DNA from: an uncultured delta proteobacterium
GTDB taxonomy: Bacteria > Desulfobacterota > RBG-13-43-22
Reading direction: 5' to 3'
NCBI GenBank assembly: GCA_963790475.1
Contig: CAWBOS010000006.1
Span: 96,001 to 160,000 of the forward strand
DNA length: 64,000 bases
Position 1 is the stretch's first letter, and every line of letters begins with the position of its first letter. The position numbers and the translations under genes are program-made. Shown piece by piece: positions 1-10,993 of the stretch. A model generated the notes under the pieces. The model was given only the letters and a program-made list of their open reading frames with translations. It made no database searches and was not told where the DNA came from.

Positions 1-420
1 GCTTGTCGGTCAGTTTGGGTTTTCCACCGTGTCCTGCCAGGTCTTGTCCACATAGGGAATACTCATTATGTGCAGATTCCAGGTCTGCCCGGTGAGGAAG
101 TTCTTCCGGATAGCGGAGAAAGGACCCCCGTGATCATTGGAGAAAAAATACCCTTCGGAGTTATTCTTTCTGGTCATCCGGCTCAGATGGGAAGGGTAAT
201 CCATGGGATCCAGCACCAGGGTGACTCCGATCTTGGCCAAATAGGCCACCATCATTGCGGCCTGACCAGCAGCCGCATGGTCGAGGCCCGCAGGTCGTCC
301 GTCGTCCGCACTTATCTGTTCTCCCGGGTGGCAATCGTCGACCCGGGTAATCCGGGAACAGGCGATGCCGAATTGCAAGGCCACAACCAAGATGATCTGC
401 CACATCCCCGGCCAATGGTG
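1..420 (-). pseudogene. Collapsed remnant of a paralogous peptide ABC operon (permease fragment fused to substrate-binding protein fragment)
   Basis: About 265-420 resembles dppC 5030-5190 (WQIILVVALQFGIA). 1-260 resembles SBP 2922-3180 (YLAKIGVTLVLDPMDY...KNFLTGQTWN). Frameshifted; runs off the window edge. Confidence 0.8.
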
Positions 421-633
421 GATAAGGCCATAAAGAGAGATTATTTTTAGATTAGATCCTTTTGGATAATATGATGTTAGTAAAACTAATATCTATTTCG
501 TACCTAAAAAAAGTCAAGGGGAAAAAAGATTAGATTTCTTGCTTAAAGAAATCCCTCGTTGGGCATAAAGAAAAGGAGAGTAATACACAAAACAGGGAAA
601 GAGGTAAAAAAAGATGGAAAAATAAAGCCTCCC

Positions 634-1623
634 TTAATATAGATGACACTTGGTCCAATGACCGGGAGTGATCTCTTTTTTCAACGGCGCCTGTTGAGAA
701 CAAATCGCTATGGCCGAATTACATCGGGGATGAAAATGGCAGCCCCGTGGCGGAAATAAGGGGCTGGGCACTTCGCCCTTGAGGATAATATGTTCCCGTT
801 TGGCCTCCACGGTGGGATTGGCGATGGGCACGGCGGAAAGCAGGGCTCGGGTATAGGGATGAAGCGGATTATGATAGAGCTCCATCCTGGAACCGATCTC
901 CACCAGTTCTCCCAAGTACATGACGGCGATCCGATCGCTGATGTGCCTGACCACGGCCAGGTCATGGGCGATAAAGAGATAGGTCAGATTAAATTTTTCC
1001 TGGAGGTCCTCTAAAAGGTTGATGATCTGGGCCTGGATGGAGACATCCAAGGCCGATACCGGCTCATCGCAGACAATGAAACTCGGCTTTAAGGCCAGGG
1101 CCCTGGCCACACCGATTCGCTGCCTTTGCCCGCCGCTGAATTCGTGGGGATAGCGATCTCCCATGGAAGGATCCAGGCCCACCACCCGGAGCAGGTCCGC
1201 GGTCTGGTCGCGATATTCGGCCCGGCTCCCGGCCATACCATGGATCAACAAGGGCTCGCCGATAATGTCGGAGACCTTCATCCGCGGATCCAGGGAGCTG
1301 AAAGGATCCTGAAAGATGATCTGCATCCTCCGGCGCAGCTTCCGGATCTCTCTCTTCTCGATTCCGGTGATATCCTGCCCTTCGAAAAAGATCTTTCCCC
1401 CCGTAGGACGGTCAAGCTGCAGCAAGGCATTGCCCGTGGTGGTCTTGCCGCTGCCGCTTTCTCCCACCAGACCCAGGGTTTCGCCCTGCAGGATGGAAAA
1501 ACTGACCCCGTCGACGGCCTTGATGTCGCCGATCTTCTTTTTGAATAGGTTGCCTACCGACACCGGGAAATGGACCTTCAGGTCCTGCACCTCAACCAAT
1601 ATTTCTTTTTTATTTGTTAACAT
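634..1623 (-). CDS. Peptide/nickel-family ABC transporter ATP-binding protein (DppF/OppF-like)
   Basis: GESGSGKT Walker A, FSGGQRQR signature, C-terminal GCHFHPRC. Start placed at MLTNKK, overlapping the upstream gene. Confidence 0.93.
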   Translation of the reverse strand: MLTNKKEILVEVQDLKVHFPVSVGNLFKKKIGDIKAVDGVSFSILQGETLGLVGESGSGKTTTGNALLQLDRPTGGKIFFEGQDITGIEKREIRKLRRRMQIIFQDPFSSLDPRMKVSDIIGEPLLIHGMAGSRAEYRDQTADLLRVVGLDPSMGDRYPHEFSGGQRQRIGVARALALKPSFIVCDEPVSALDVSIQAQIINLLEDLQEKFNLTYLFIAHDLAVVRHISDRIAVMYLGELVEIGSRMELYHNPLHPYTRALLSAVPIANPTVEAKREHIILKGEVPSPLFPPRGCHFHPRCNSAIAICSQQAPLKKEITPGHWTKCHLY

Positions 1624-2584
1624 CGATCCAGCACGCTTTCTCATGTATTCCGCCGATGAGGACCAGTTGCGGGGTCTCTTCCCGGCATCGATCAATGACG
1701 TGGTTGCAACGAGGATGAAAAGGACACCCTTTGGGGATATTGGCCAGGTTGGGCGGTTGTCCCTGGATGGGCACCAGTTTTGTTTTGATATCCTGATCCA
1801 GCCGAGGCACGGAGGCCATCAGCCCGATGGTGTAAGGGTGCAGCGGATTTTCGTAAATGTCATGGGCCGTCCCCTTTTCCACAATCTTGCCGGCATACAT
1901 GACGTTGACCCGGTCCGCGTAGCGGGCCACTACTCCCAGGTTATGAGTGATGATGATCAGGGACACCCCGAAGTCCCGGGTGAGATTCTTAAGCAATTCC
2001 AGAAGCTGGGCCTGCACCGTGACATCCAGGGCGGTGGTGGGTTCGTCGGCAATGATCAGCCGGGGGTTGCAGCCCAACCCCATGGCGATCATGGCCCGCT
2101 GACGCATACCCCCGCTGAACTGATGGGGATAATCCCGGATCCGTTTGTCGCCATCGGCGATCTGAACCTTTCCCAGCAGCTCTTCAGCCTTCTTCAGGGC
2201 CTCGTTCAAGGGCATGTCCCTATGCACTTCCAGGGGCTCGGCCAATTGCCGGCCCACGGTCAAGACCGGGTTAAGCGAGGTCATCGGTTCCTGAAAGATC
2301 ATGGCGATGCGATTGCCCCGTACTTTGCGGATTTCCTCGTTGCTCAATTTGAGAAGGTCCTGGCCTTCAAAGAAGACCTCTCCCCCAACAATCTCCCCCG
2401 GCGGATCAGGAATCAAGCGGAGAATGGAAAGGGCAGAGACGCTTTTGCCGCAGCCGCTCTCTCCTACCAGGCCGAGGGTCTCACCCTCATAAAGGTCAAA
2501 GGAAACACCGTCCACGGCCTTGATAGTCCCGTCCATGCCGAAAAAATAGGTTCGAAGGTCTTTCACATCCAATAAGGGCTGCAT
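1610..2584 (-). CDS. Peptide ABC transporter ATP-binding protein (DppD/OppD-like)
   Basis: [32 protein letters not shown]. Confidence 0.95.
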   Translation of the reverse strand: MQPLLDVKDLRTYFFGMDGTIKAVDGVSFDLYEGETLGLVGESGCGKSVSALSILRLIPDPPGEIVGGEVFFEGQDLLKLSNEEIRKVRGNRIAMIFQEPMTSLNPVLTVGRQLAEPLEVHRDMPLNEALKKAEELLGKVQIADGDKRIRDYPHQFSGGMRQRAMIAMGLGCNPRLIIADEPTTALDVTVQAQLLELLKNLTRDFGVSLIIITHNLGVVARYADRVNVMYAGKIVEKGTAHDIYENPLHPYTIGLMASVPRLDQDIKTKLVPIQGQPPNLANIPKGCPFHPRCNHVIDRCREETPQLVLIGGIHEKACWIDVNK

Positions 2585-2637
2585 ACGTTTAGCTTCTTTC
2601 TTCAGTACAAGATCTGAATTTCACTCAACAAGTCGAT

Positions 2638-2704
2638 GGGCTATAGGCAATAGGCTGTGGGAAAGACAAAATCCTTTACACCCATTACCTATTGCCTATA
2701 GCCC
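2638..2704. repeat. Heptamer-based inverted repeat (17-bp perfect arms), probable intergenic stem-loop
   Basis: GGGCTATAGGCAATAGG (2638-2654) and CCTATTGCCTATAGCCC (2688-2704). Confidence 0.8.
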
Positions 2705-2715
2705 TTAGCCTTCTT

Positions 2716-4440
2716 TTAATAGCCCATCTTCTTCTTCAGTTCCTGGTCGATCCAGATGCGGGCAATGATCGGGGCCGCCCGGTGGGCACCCACCCTTAAT
2801 TCTCCGTGATAATTCTTAACCCAGGGCCACCAGGCGGTATAGGAATAAGGGGTAGGGAGTATAATGCAAGGCGCCTGTTCCGTTATATAAACAGCCAGTT
2901 TTTTCATGACCGCAAGGGCCTGTTTGTCGGTCAGCTTCGGATTTTCCACTGTATCTTGCCAGGTCTTGTCCACATAGGGATCGCTCATCATGTGCGGGTT
3001 CCAGGTCTGACCGGTCAGGAAGTTCTTTCGGATCCCGGCGAAGGGGGTCCCCTGGTCATTGGAGAAAAAATACCCTTCGGAATGATTCTTTTTGGTCATC
3101 CGGCTCAGATAGGAGGGGTAATCCATGGGGTCCAAAATCAGAGTGACCCCGATCTTGGCCAGATAGGACACGACCATGGCCCCCAAGTCCAATCCGGTCT
3201 GGCCGGCATTGGAAATTTGGGCCTTGAAGGTAAAACCATTGGGGTAGCCGGCCTCAGCCAAAAGCTTTTTGGCCTTTTCCGGGTTGTAAGTGAAAAGCTC
3301 CCTGGCCGCCGGGGGCAGCTTCTCCAGAGGGGTGTAAACATCCGTAAAGGAGGGCGGGAAGGGATAGGTGTGCAATACGGCATTGCCGCCGTAGAAAGAA
3401 TTGATGATCTCCTGTTTATTGATGGCCAGGTTCATGGCCCGCCTTACCCGGATATCGTTAAAGGGCTTCTGGTCCATGCGCAGGGCCACGGTAAAATTGT
3501 CGGTATAAAGCCACCGCGACCATTGCAGTTGGGGGTTGCTCTTCTTGAGGCCATCAACATACTTCCAGTTCATGGTCAGCATCAGATCGATTTTACCGGT
3601 CCGTAGAGAAGCGATTTGCGTGGCTTCATCCTTGATGATCTGCATCACCACCTTGTCGGTAAAGGGGAGTTTGTACTTCTTCCCTCCGATGGTTTCCGAA
3701 TCCCAGTATTTCTGGTTTTTGGTGTAGATCTGAGAATGTCCTTCCTTATACTCGGAGAGCATGTAAGGCCCGGTTCCGCAGGCATTCTCCCATTTAGCCG
3801 CCCCCCCTGGGGCCTTTTCCTGCTCCGGGGCCTGGATGCCGTCATAGTACCCCCAACCCAGACTATACCACCAGTCGACCTTCCACTCGGGCATATTGAT
3901 AACCACGGTGTATTTATCGGGGGTTTCCATCTTGCCTACAAAATCCATATAAAGGGGAATGGCCTTGCGGGAGTTTTTAAGGCGGTTGATGGCATAAACG
4001 ACATCATCGGCCACGAATTCCCGGGCCTTCATGACCCCGGGTTTCTCCTGCCACATAATTCCTTTGCGGAGATGAAAGATGAGCTGCAAGGGACTTTTTT
4101 TTACTTCCCATTTTTCCAAAAGCTCGCCCCTCACGACATCGGGTGGTATCCAGGCATTGGATTGAAAGTTGAATTTTTTGGAACCTCTCGGCCCTTTCTG
4201 GAGATCCCCCATGAGAAGATGCTCCATATAAAATCCGGTATCATAACCGTGTTTCCAGTTCCAGTCGGCAATATCCCAGGTCATAGGATTGAGTGTAGGC
4301 GTCCGATCCAGATAGGTGAGGGTGCCGCCGTACTGCACTTTTTCGGCAGCCGCAGCGCCGGCATCAGTAATGAACACACCGAGGGGCAATATCATCATTA
4401 TCGCTAAATATATAAAGATTCCCTGATATCTTTTTTTCAT
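2716..4440 (-). CDS. ABC transporter substrate-binding protein, family 5
   Basis: Signal peptide, GTGPY motif, PFNDIRVRRAMNLAIN, YNPEKAKKLLAEAGYPNGF. Confidence 0.93.
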   Translation of the reverse strand: MKKRYQGIFIYLAIMMILPLGVFITDAGAAAAEKVQYGGTLTYLDRTPTLNPMTWDIADWNWKHGYDTGFYMEHLLMGDLQKGPRGSKKFNFQSNAWIPPDVVRGELLEKWEVKKSPLQLIFHLRKGIMWQEKPGVMKAREFVADDVVYAINRLKNSRKAIPLYMDFVGKMETPDKYTVVINMPEWKVDWWYSLGWGYYDGIQAPEQEKAPGGAAKWENACGTGPYMLSEYKEGHSQIYTKNQKYWDSETIGGKKYKLPFTDKVVMQIIKDEATQIASLRTGKIDLMLTMNWKYVDGLKKSNPQLQWSRWLYTDNFTVALRMDQKPFNDIRVRRAMNLAINKQEIINSFYGGNAVLHTYPFPPSFTDVYTPLEKLPPAARELFTYNPEKAKKLLAEAGYPNGFTFKAQISNAGQTGLDLGAMVVSYLAKIGVTLILDPMDYPSYLSRMTKKNHSEGYFFSNDQGTPFAGIRKNFLTGQTWNPHMMSDPYVDKTWQDTVENPKLTDKQALAVMKKLAVYITEQAPCIILPTPYSYTAWWPWVKNYHGELRVGAHRAAPIIARIWIDQELKKKMGY

Positions 4441-4712
4441 TTCACTTCTCCTTTTACACCATATGAAGATCCGGCATTCTGTGGAAAATCCAGGCCGGTT
4501 GTCCTCCCGGAAAATCCTGGATAAAGCCTTTTGAGCGCGATGAAAACATCCCCCTAAGACGATCCCGACCGGGGGGTATCCCGCACCGAATACAAATCCG
4601 GAATTAAGATAAAAAATGTTAGATTTAATGAATATGGTTATGTAAAATTAACTTATCGAGTAGGATACGGTTTTGAATCTCACACCACCTTTCAGGTTTT
4701 TTAGGCTGATGC

Positions 4713-5645
4713 CTATTTTCTTTTTTTGACGGAATAGCTCCCGCCGCCGCCCCGCAGCCTCGGGTCCAGAAGGTCTCGCATGGCATCCCCGAAGACATTG
4801 ATCCCGTAAACCACAATCGTCAAACACAGACCAGGAATCAAGGCCATCATGGGTGCGATGAGCATATACTGACGCCCGGTCCCGCTCAGCATCCCTCCCC
4901 AGCTCGGCGCCGGAGGTGGAATACCCAGACCCAGGAAACTCAAAGTGGCCTCGGATAGAACGACCGCCGCCACACGGGTGGTGAACAGGATGATGATCGG
5001 GGCCATGATGTTGGGCAGGATGTGCCGCCAAAGTAACCTCATGGTCGAGGCCCCCAGGGCATCCGCCGCCCGCACATACATGTTTTCCCTGGCGGCAATC
5101 GTGGACCCCCTTATAATTCTGGAACCGGCGATTCCGAACTGCAAGGCCAGAACCAGGATGATCTGCCACGTCCCCGGACCGATAATGGATACGGCGACAA
5201 TCAGAATGACCAGACCGGGAAAGATCATCCAGGCGTCCACAAACCGCTGCATCACCATATCGTACTTACCGCCGAAGAACCCGGTGGTAATACCGATAAC
5301 GGTGGAGATGATGATCGAAATGGCCGTGGCCGCAAAGCCGACAATCACCGACAGACGAGCCCCGTAAATGATACGGCTCAGTATATCCCGGCCCAGGTTG
5401 TCGGTCCCAAACCAATATTGGGCCGAGGGGGGCTTCAGGGATTGGAGAGGATTAATGTCATTGTACCCGTAGGGCGCCAGGAAATTGGCAAAAATGCCGG
5501 TGATAAGGAGAATCAGGCATATGATCCCTCCCACGGCGCCCAGGTGCTTTTCCTTGAACAGCCGGATAAAAAAATCTGCAAAAAAGCCGCGCCGTATCGG
5601 CGCAAAAAGATGTTCTGAATCGACAGTGACAGATTGATTGGCCAT
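4713..5645 (-). CDS. Peptide ABC transporter permease (DppC-like)
   Basis: FGTDNLGRDILSR, EAA-type loop, ATLSFLGLG, FGDAMRDLLDPR. Confidence 0.95.
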   Translation of the reverse strand: MANQSVTVDSEHLFAPIRRGFFADFFIRLFKEKHLGAVGGIICLILLITGIFANFLAPYGYNDINPLQSLKPPSAQYWFGTDNLGRDILSRIIYGARLSVIVGFAATAISIIISTVIGITTGFFGGKYDMVMQRFVDAWMIFPGLVILIVAVSIIGPGTWQIILVLALQFGIAGSRIIRGSTIAARENMYVRAADALGASTMRLLWRHILPNIMAPIIILFTTRVAAVVLSEATLSFLGLGIPPPAPSWGGMLSGTGRQYMLIAPMMALIPGLCLTIVVYGINVFGDAMRDLLDPRLRGGGGSYSVKKRK

Positions 5646-5676
5646 AGAAAACGCCCCTTCAAATGTTGAAAATCTG

Positions 5677-6633
5677 TTATCTGAACCGAACCTTGGGATC
5701 GAGATAACCGTAACTCATATCCACCAGCAGGTTGCACACCAGAACCACAACGCCGATGATCATCATGAGACCCGTGATAATCGGGTAATCCCGCTGTTGA
5801 ATGGCATCAAACATCAGATTGCCCATGCCCGGTAAAACAAAAATCTGTTCGACGATGATCGTGCCCCCGATAAGGACCGGTAAATAAAGTCCGAATACGG
5901 TGACCACCGGGATCAGGGCGTTCTTTAAAGCATGCCTCATGATAACCACCTTTTCTTTGAGACCCTTGGCCCAGGCGGTCCGGATATAGTCCTGCCGAAG
6001 CACCTCCAGCATCATGGCCCGCATCATTCTCATGGTGACCCCGGATAAGGAAAATCCTAGAACAATGCTTGGAGTAATAAACTGCATAATATTGGCCCAG
6101 GGATGCTTGAAGAAAGGGACTAATTCCACGGAAGGGGACCACCCCCACCAGATCGCCGGATAGATAACCACCATCGTCCCCAACCAAAAATTGGGAATGG
6201 CAATGCCCAGGATGGATAGGGTTCGTCCGGCATAGTCTCCGGCCGTATCCTGGCGTATGGCCGAGTAAATCCCGATAGGAATGGCCAGGAGGATGGAAAA
6301 AATAATGGCGATACCGCTGAGTTCAAAAGTTATCGGCAATCGTTCCATCACCAGAGCGGTGACCGGGGTCTGTTTCCACAGGGAACTCCCCAGGTCGCCG
6401 TGTAAAAAAATCCTTTCCATCCATCGGAAGTACTGGATATAAATGGGGGCATCCAGTCCCATGGCCTTCTCCAGAGATTTACGGGATATTTCCTGCGACC
6501 CGATATCATGCTGGGATACCATCTGATCAATAATATCTCCAGGAATCAGACGAATAACCACGAATACAATCATGGTGGCAAATAAAATGGTGGGGATAAG
6601 CGCGAGAATTCTTTTGATTAAAAAGGCACGCAT
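5677..6633 (-). CDS. Peptide ABC transporter permease (DppB-like)
   Basis: GDLGSS, QDYIRTAWAKGL, HALKNA, YGYLDPKVR. Confidence 0.95.
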   Translation of the reverse strand: MRAFLIKRILALIPTILFATMIVFVVIRLIPGDIIDQMVSQHDIGSQEISRKSLEKAMGLDAPIYIQYFRWMERIFLHGDLGSSLWKQTPVTALVMERLPITFELSGIAIIFSILLAIPIGIYSAIRQDTAGDYAGRTLSILGIAIPNFWLGTMVVIYPAIWWGWSPSVELVPFFKHPWANIMQFITPSIVLGFSLSGVTMRMMRAMMLEVLRQDYIRTAWAKGLKEKVVIMRHALKNALIPVVTVFGLYLPVLIGGTIIVEQIFVLPGMGNLMFDAIQQRDYPIITGLMMIIGVVVLVCNLLVDMSYGYLDPKVRFR

Positions 6634-6890
6634 AAATTACTCCAATTGGGAAAAGGATTAACGGTTGCCTTAGATAAAAATCATTCAGGAAGATTATAAA
6701 TATATAATTAAAAAACATATAATTTTAAGTTTAAATTAAAGTCAAGAAAAAAAGAAAAGATAAAAAAATAACTTGTGGAAAATGGAAATACTTATGTGAT
6801 ACAGATAATACAAAGGTAAGTGTCCTATAGATTCTTGAAAAAAAGCCGAATCCAAAGTATTTTTATAATAAACCATATGATGGTGATCTA

Positions 6891-7643
6891 ATGCAACCTC
6901 AGCCTAAAAAAGACCTTATCCCCTTGTACAGCCGCGTCTCGTCGATCATTCAAAATAAAATATTGTCAGGACAGTATGAACCCGGGGATAAACTGCCGAC
7001 TGAAGATGAACTGGTCGAATACTTCGGGGTCAGTAAAATCACCGTTCGAAATGCGTTAGCCCTTCTTGAGGCCGATGGGCTGATTTTCCGAACCAGAGGA
7101 AAAGGGACTTTTGTAGCCTCGGTTATTCCGGAAACCAAACAGTATATTCATACCAGTTTGAATAAAATGGCTTTTGCTTTGGAGAGAGGAGAAACCAAAC
7201 CACTGGAAATAAGATCTATTAAAGTGGGGGAGAGCAGAATCCCGAAAGATATTTCCACGTTCTTCAAGATGACCAATAATGATGAAATCGGCCGGATCCG
7301 GAGGATGACCACCATAAAAAATATTCCCTACTTTTTTGAAAATTTTTTGCCGGCGGATATTGCACGGAATTTAACCAAAAAGGAATTATCAGAAGAAAAA
7401 CTGATACTGAGATTATTAAAGAAAAAGATCGGATTGAAGATCTCCAAAGGAGAAATGTTTTTACAGGCGGTCCCGGCTGAACCGGATATTTCAAAAGTGC
7501 TTCAGTGCCAGTCCTTTGATCCGCTTATCCATATACAAACCTATTTCTGGTCTGAACCGGAACAACCCTTCGGCATAGCCAATGCCTATTTCCGCTCTTG
7601 TTACTTCAAATACAAGGTCAATGTGGAAATCAATTCGTATTAG
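6891..7643 (+). CDS. GntR (HutC subfamily) transcriptional regulator
   Basis: N-terminal wHTH LPTEDEL..FGVSKITVRNAL..RGKGTFV plus UTRA-sized C-terminus; divergent from the ABC operon. Confidence 0.9.
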   Translation: MQPQPKKDLIPLYSRVSSIIQNKILSGQYEPGDKLPTEDELVEYFGVSKITVRNALALLEADGLIFRTRGKGTFVASVIPETKQYIHTSLNKMAFALERGETKPLEIRSIKVGESRIPKDISTFFKMTNNDEIGRIRRMTTIKNIPYFFENFLPADIARNLTKKELSEEKLILRLLKKKIGLKISKGEMFLQAVPAEPDISKVLQCQSFDPLIHIQTYFWSEPEQPFGIANAYFRSCYFKYKVNVEINSY

Positions 7644-7662
7644 GGTAACAACGCAGGCAGAT

Positions 7663-7795
7663 AGACTGAAGGCCGAAGGTTTTTAGGGATACCTCCTCTT
7701 ATTAAACCAAAGATCTTAAAAATCGAGAAATCTTATACGGTTTGATGCAGGTCATTCGATAGGTTGAAAAACCTTCAGCCTTCAGTCTTCAGCCT
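7663..7795. repeat. Heptamer (CTTCAGC) inverted repeat between convergent genes, probable bidirectional terminator
   Basis: AGACTGAAGGCCGAAGGTTTTT (from 7663) and AAAAACCTTCAGCCTTCAGTCT (7767-7788). Confidence 0.7.
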
Positions 7796-9185
7796 AAATA
7801 TCTGATAATTCCCTCAGCCATTCGGCACGTCGGACCAATCGCCGCAGGGCCCTGACCGCACGCTCCATGCTGTCAAAAGACGGCACGCCCAGCTTAGTGG
7901 AAAGGCGCATGAAGGGCTGCATCACATGGCCGTAGGGAGGAACGGAAAAGATCGGTTTCTGAAACCGGTCCCTTAGTTCGGCCAGCAATCGGGCCAAACC
8001 CTCATGATCTTGCGGGGGATAGTAGCCGACAATGAAGGCATCCACCCAGGGCGCCATTATTTCCATGGACCGTCCGTAGATTTCTTCTTCCATACCGGGG
8101 GGCGCCCAAACCAGATCCACCGGATTAGCGATCCCGGCGAAAGGAGGGAGTATCTTCTTTAAATAGTCCCGCAATTCCTTCTGGACATTGATCGGGAGTC
8201 GGGGTATTTCAAGCCCCATCAATTCGCAGGCGTCACAGGCGGCTACACCTATCCCGCCCGTATCTACCACAACACCGACACGCCGGCCGTGAGGCAAGAG
8301 CGGAGAATGGAAGGCCACCATGGCATCCATCAAATCTTCAATCCCTACCGCTTCTTCCATCCCGGTTTGAATAAACGCTGCCCGGGCAACCTCCGCGGCG
8401 CCGGCCATCGACCCGGTGTGCGACTGGGTGAAGAGTGCTCCGGAAGGAGTCCGTCCGGATTTCCAGATGACCACCGGTTTTTTGCGGGCAGCCTGCCTGG
8501 CTGCCTTAAGAAAACGGCGGCCGTCCTTAAAACCTTCTACGTAAGCGCCAATAACTTTGGTCTCAGGATCTTCGCCGAAATAATCCAGATAGTCAGAGAT
8601 GGACAAGTCGGCTTGATTGCCGCAGGAGACCACGGCACTAAAGCCCAGCCCGCGATCCATACCGCCGAGCAAGGCGTATTCGGTGGCCCAGCCGCTCTGA
8701 CCGGCAAAGCTTAAGCCCCCGCGATCTAAAAACGGGTGCCGGGTGGTCACCATGTTGATATGCGAAGACGGGCAGGCAATGCCCATGCAATTGGGTCCGA
8801 CGATACGCATGCCGGAGGCCCTGGCCGTTTTCTCCATCTCTTCCTGCTGAACCCGCCCTTCTTCTCCAAGCTCGGCAAATCCCGCTCCGTGGACAATGGC
8901 CACCTTCACCCCTTTTCGGGCGCAGTCTTCTATGGCCGAAGGAACAGCCCGTGCCGGTACAAACAAGATAGCCAAGTCGATATGGCCGGGGATGTCCGAG
9001 ACCTGGCGAAAGACGTGCTCTCCGGGAACGGCGTCGGTGTTGGTATTGACCAGGTAAATCATACCCCGGTATTCCAGGGCCTGAAGGGACTCGACGACTC
9101 GAGTGCTGAATTTGGCTTTGTCGACCGAGGCCCCGATGATGGCGATGGAAGAAGGATGAAATAAAGGAGACAGATCAATACTCAT
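7794..9185 (-). CDS. Acyl/acetate-CoA ligase (ADP-forming) alpha-subunit family protein
   Basis: PSSIAIIGAS, GPNCMG, QSG, SHTGSMAG phospho-His motif, NPVD. Confidence 0.88.
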   Translation of the reverse strand: MSIDLSPLFHPSSIAIIGASVDKAKFSTRVVESLQALEYRGMIYLVNTNTDAVPGEHVFRQVSDIPGHIDLAILFVPARAVPSAIEDCARKGVKVAIVHGAGFAELGEEGRVQQEEMEKTARASGMRIVGPNCMGIACPSSHINMVTTRHPFLDRGGLSFAGQSGWATEYALLGGMDRGLGFSAVVSCGNQADLSISDYLDYFGEDPETKVIGAYVEGFKDGRRFLKAARQAARKKPVVIWKSGRTPSGALFTQSHTGSMAGAAEVARAAFIQTGMEEAVGIEDLMDAMVAFHSPLLPHGRRVGVVVDTGGIGVAACDACELMGLEIPRLPINVQKELRDYLKKILPPFAGIANPVDLVWAPPGMEEEIYGRSMEIMAPWVDAFIVGYYPPQDHEGLARLLAELRDRFQKPIFSVPPYGHVMQPFMRLSTKLGVPSFDSMERAVRALRRLVRRAEWLRELSDI

Positions 9186-9197
9186 GGGTGTTCCAGT

Positions 9198-10913
9198 TTA
9201 GACCAGGCGCACTTTTTTGGCCTTGGCCACGAACTCCTCCATCCTCTTTCTGACGGCGATCTTATCGTATTTCCCAACGCTGGTCTTGGGGATATCATCC
9301 ACAAAGGCCACATACACCGGAAGCATCCACTTGGTGATTTTCCCCTTATCCACACCTTCGGTCTGCAGGAAACTGAGGATATCTTCCTCAACCTTATCCG
9401 CACCCTGAGTCAGCTTGACCAGGGCCATAGGGATTTCGCCCCACTTCTCGTCGGGCACACCGACATAAGTGGCTTCCAGAACGAAATCGGCATTGCTGGT
9501 CAGGTTCTCAAGCAGGACCGTGGGCACCATCTCGGAGCCGCTGCGGATGACGTCGGTTATCCGGTCGGCGATAACGATGTAGCCGTCCTTATCGATTTTG
9601 GCCGCATCCCCGGTGTGAAACCAGCCGTCCTTCCAGGCGGCGGCCGTCTTTTCCGGGTCCTTATAATATTGTTCCATAATCCAGTGGCCTCTTAAAACAA
9701 TCTCGCCGATCGTTTCATTGTCATGCGGCACATCCCGGCCCTTTTCATCAATAACCCGGGCATCGATGGCTGGAATAACAGGTATGCCTGTTTTAACTAA
9801 TACCTGGTCAATTTCTTCCTTAGACCAGTTTACCATGTATCGCCGGATACTGGCCCCGACAACCCCGGCCATGGTCTCGGTCATACCATATCCGGAGGCG
9901 GCGCGCATATGGGGGAATAACTTTTCGGCCTTACGCTTTAAACCCAGGGGGAGTGCGCCCCCTCCGATAGCGATAAAAATAAGAGAGCTCAGATCCCATT
10001 GGTTGAGGTCTTTATATTCCAGCAGCATGGCCAACATGGTCGGCACCATCATGGCTGCGGTCACTTTTTCTTTTTGAACCAATTCACAGAAGGCCTCCGG
10101 AGTGAATCGGCCCGGAAAGACAATCTTGGCACAGCTATAAACACTGGAAAAGGGGGCCCCCCAGGCATGAATATGGAAGAGGGGAACGTTCATCATCGGT
10201 ATTGGTAGATTGGGACGTTCCGGATCATCGGGAAGCCGTATAACCGTTCCAAGCTGGGCAATCGAGTGGAGACAATGTAAATAGATCTGACGGTTGGTGT
10301 ATATGACCCCTTTGGGAAGACCGGTGGTACCGGTGGTGTAATAGAGCACGGCATTGGTGTCTTCCGGCAAATCAGGCCAATCGTAGAAGGTCGGCTGCCC
10401 CTTGATCAGTTCTTCATACGCATAAAGGGGTTCTATCCGGGTTTTGGGCAGGCCCGGCTTATCGGACATATAGACAAATTTTTTCACCGCTGGTTTTATC
10501 CGATCATAAAGGGCTTCAACCAGGGGCAACAGAAGATCGTCAAAAAAGAGGATATACTCCTCGGCATGGGTTATGGTATAGGCCATATGATCCAAAGATA
10601 GCCTGATATTAATAGGATGCGAAACAGCTCCAATACCTATAGTCGCATAAATGATCTCCATGTGCCGGTGGTGATTAAGGGCCATGGTGGCTATTTTATC
10701 TCCTTTCTGCACCCCGAGGGAATTGAGGGCATGCGCCAGTTGACAGGTCCGTTCGTGCCATTGCCGCCAGGTAAATCGGAAATACTCGCCGGCATCGTTT
10801 CTATAGACCATGGCCTCATCATCCGGACATAGGAACAGGGGTCTTTTCATCAAGTTTTTCACCAGTAACGGGTAGTTCTTGCTGTACTCAGGATAGGTGG
10901 TTTTCTCTGGCAT
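9198..10913 (-). CDS. AMP-forming acyl-CoA ligase (fatty-acid/aryl-CoA ligase)
   Basis: YYTTGTTGLPKG, GYGMTE, GWFHTGD, PKTSVGK. Confidence 0.93.
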   Translation of the reverse strand: MPEKTTYPEYSKNYPLLVKNLMKRPLFLCPDDEAMVYRNDAGEYFRFTWRQWHERTCQLAHALNSLGVQKGDKIATMALNHHRHMEIIYATIGIGAVSHPINIRLSLDHMAYTITHAEEYILFFDDLLLPLVEALYDRIKPAVKKFVYMSDKPGLPKTRIEPLYAYEELIKGQPTFYDWPDLPEDTNAVLYYTTGTTGLPKGVIYTNRQIYLHCLHSIAQLGTVIRLPDDPERPNLPIPMMNVPLFHIHAWGAPFSSVYSCAKIVFPGRFTPEAFCELVQKEKVTAAMMVPTMLAMLLEYKDLNQWDLSSLIFIAIGGGALPLGLKRKAEKLFPHMRAASGYGMTETMAGVVGASIRRYMVNWSKEEIDQVLVKTGIPVIPAIDARVIDEKGRDVPHDNETIGEIVLRGHWIMEQYYKDPEKTAAAWKDGWFHTGDAAKIDKDGYIVIADRITDVIRSGSEMVPTVLLENLTSNADFVLEATYVGVPDEKWGEIPMALVKLTQGADKVEEDILSFLQTEGVDKGKITKWMLPVYVAFVDDIPKTSVGKYDKIAVRKRMEEFVAKAKKVRLV

Positions 10914-10963
10914 TTCTTTGTTCTCCTTGCTTATTCATTAACAAGATCGATCTTAGGTAGCGG

Positions 10964-10993
10964 AGTATAGTGAAAGACGAACTTTTATGTCAA
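10964..10993 (-). promoter_or_regulatory. Sigma70-type promoter for the CoA ligase genes
   Basis: Minus strand TTGACA-N18-TATACT about 50 bp upstream of the start codon. Confidence 0.65.

Noticed and set aside
1316-2575. 419-aa plus-strand ORF and similar long antisense ORFs (e.g. 42471-43571, 26242-27033)
   Set aside because: Shadow frames of well-supported genes with no recognisable motifs
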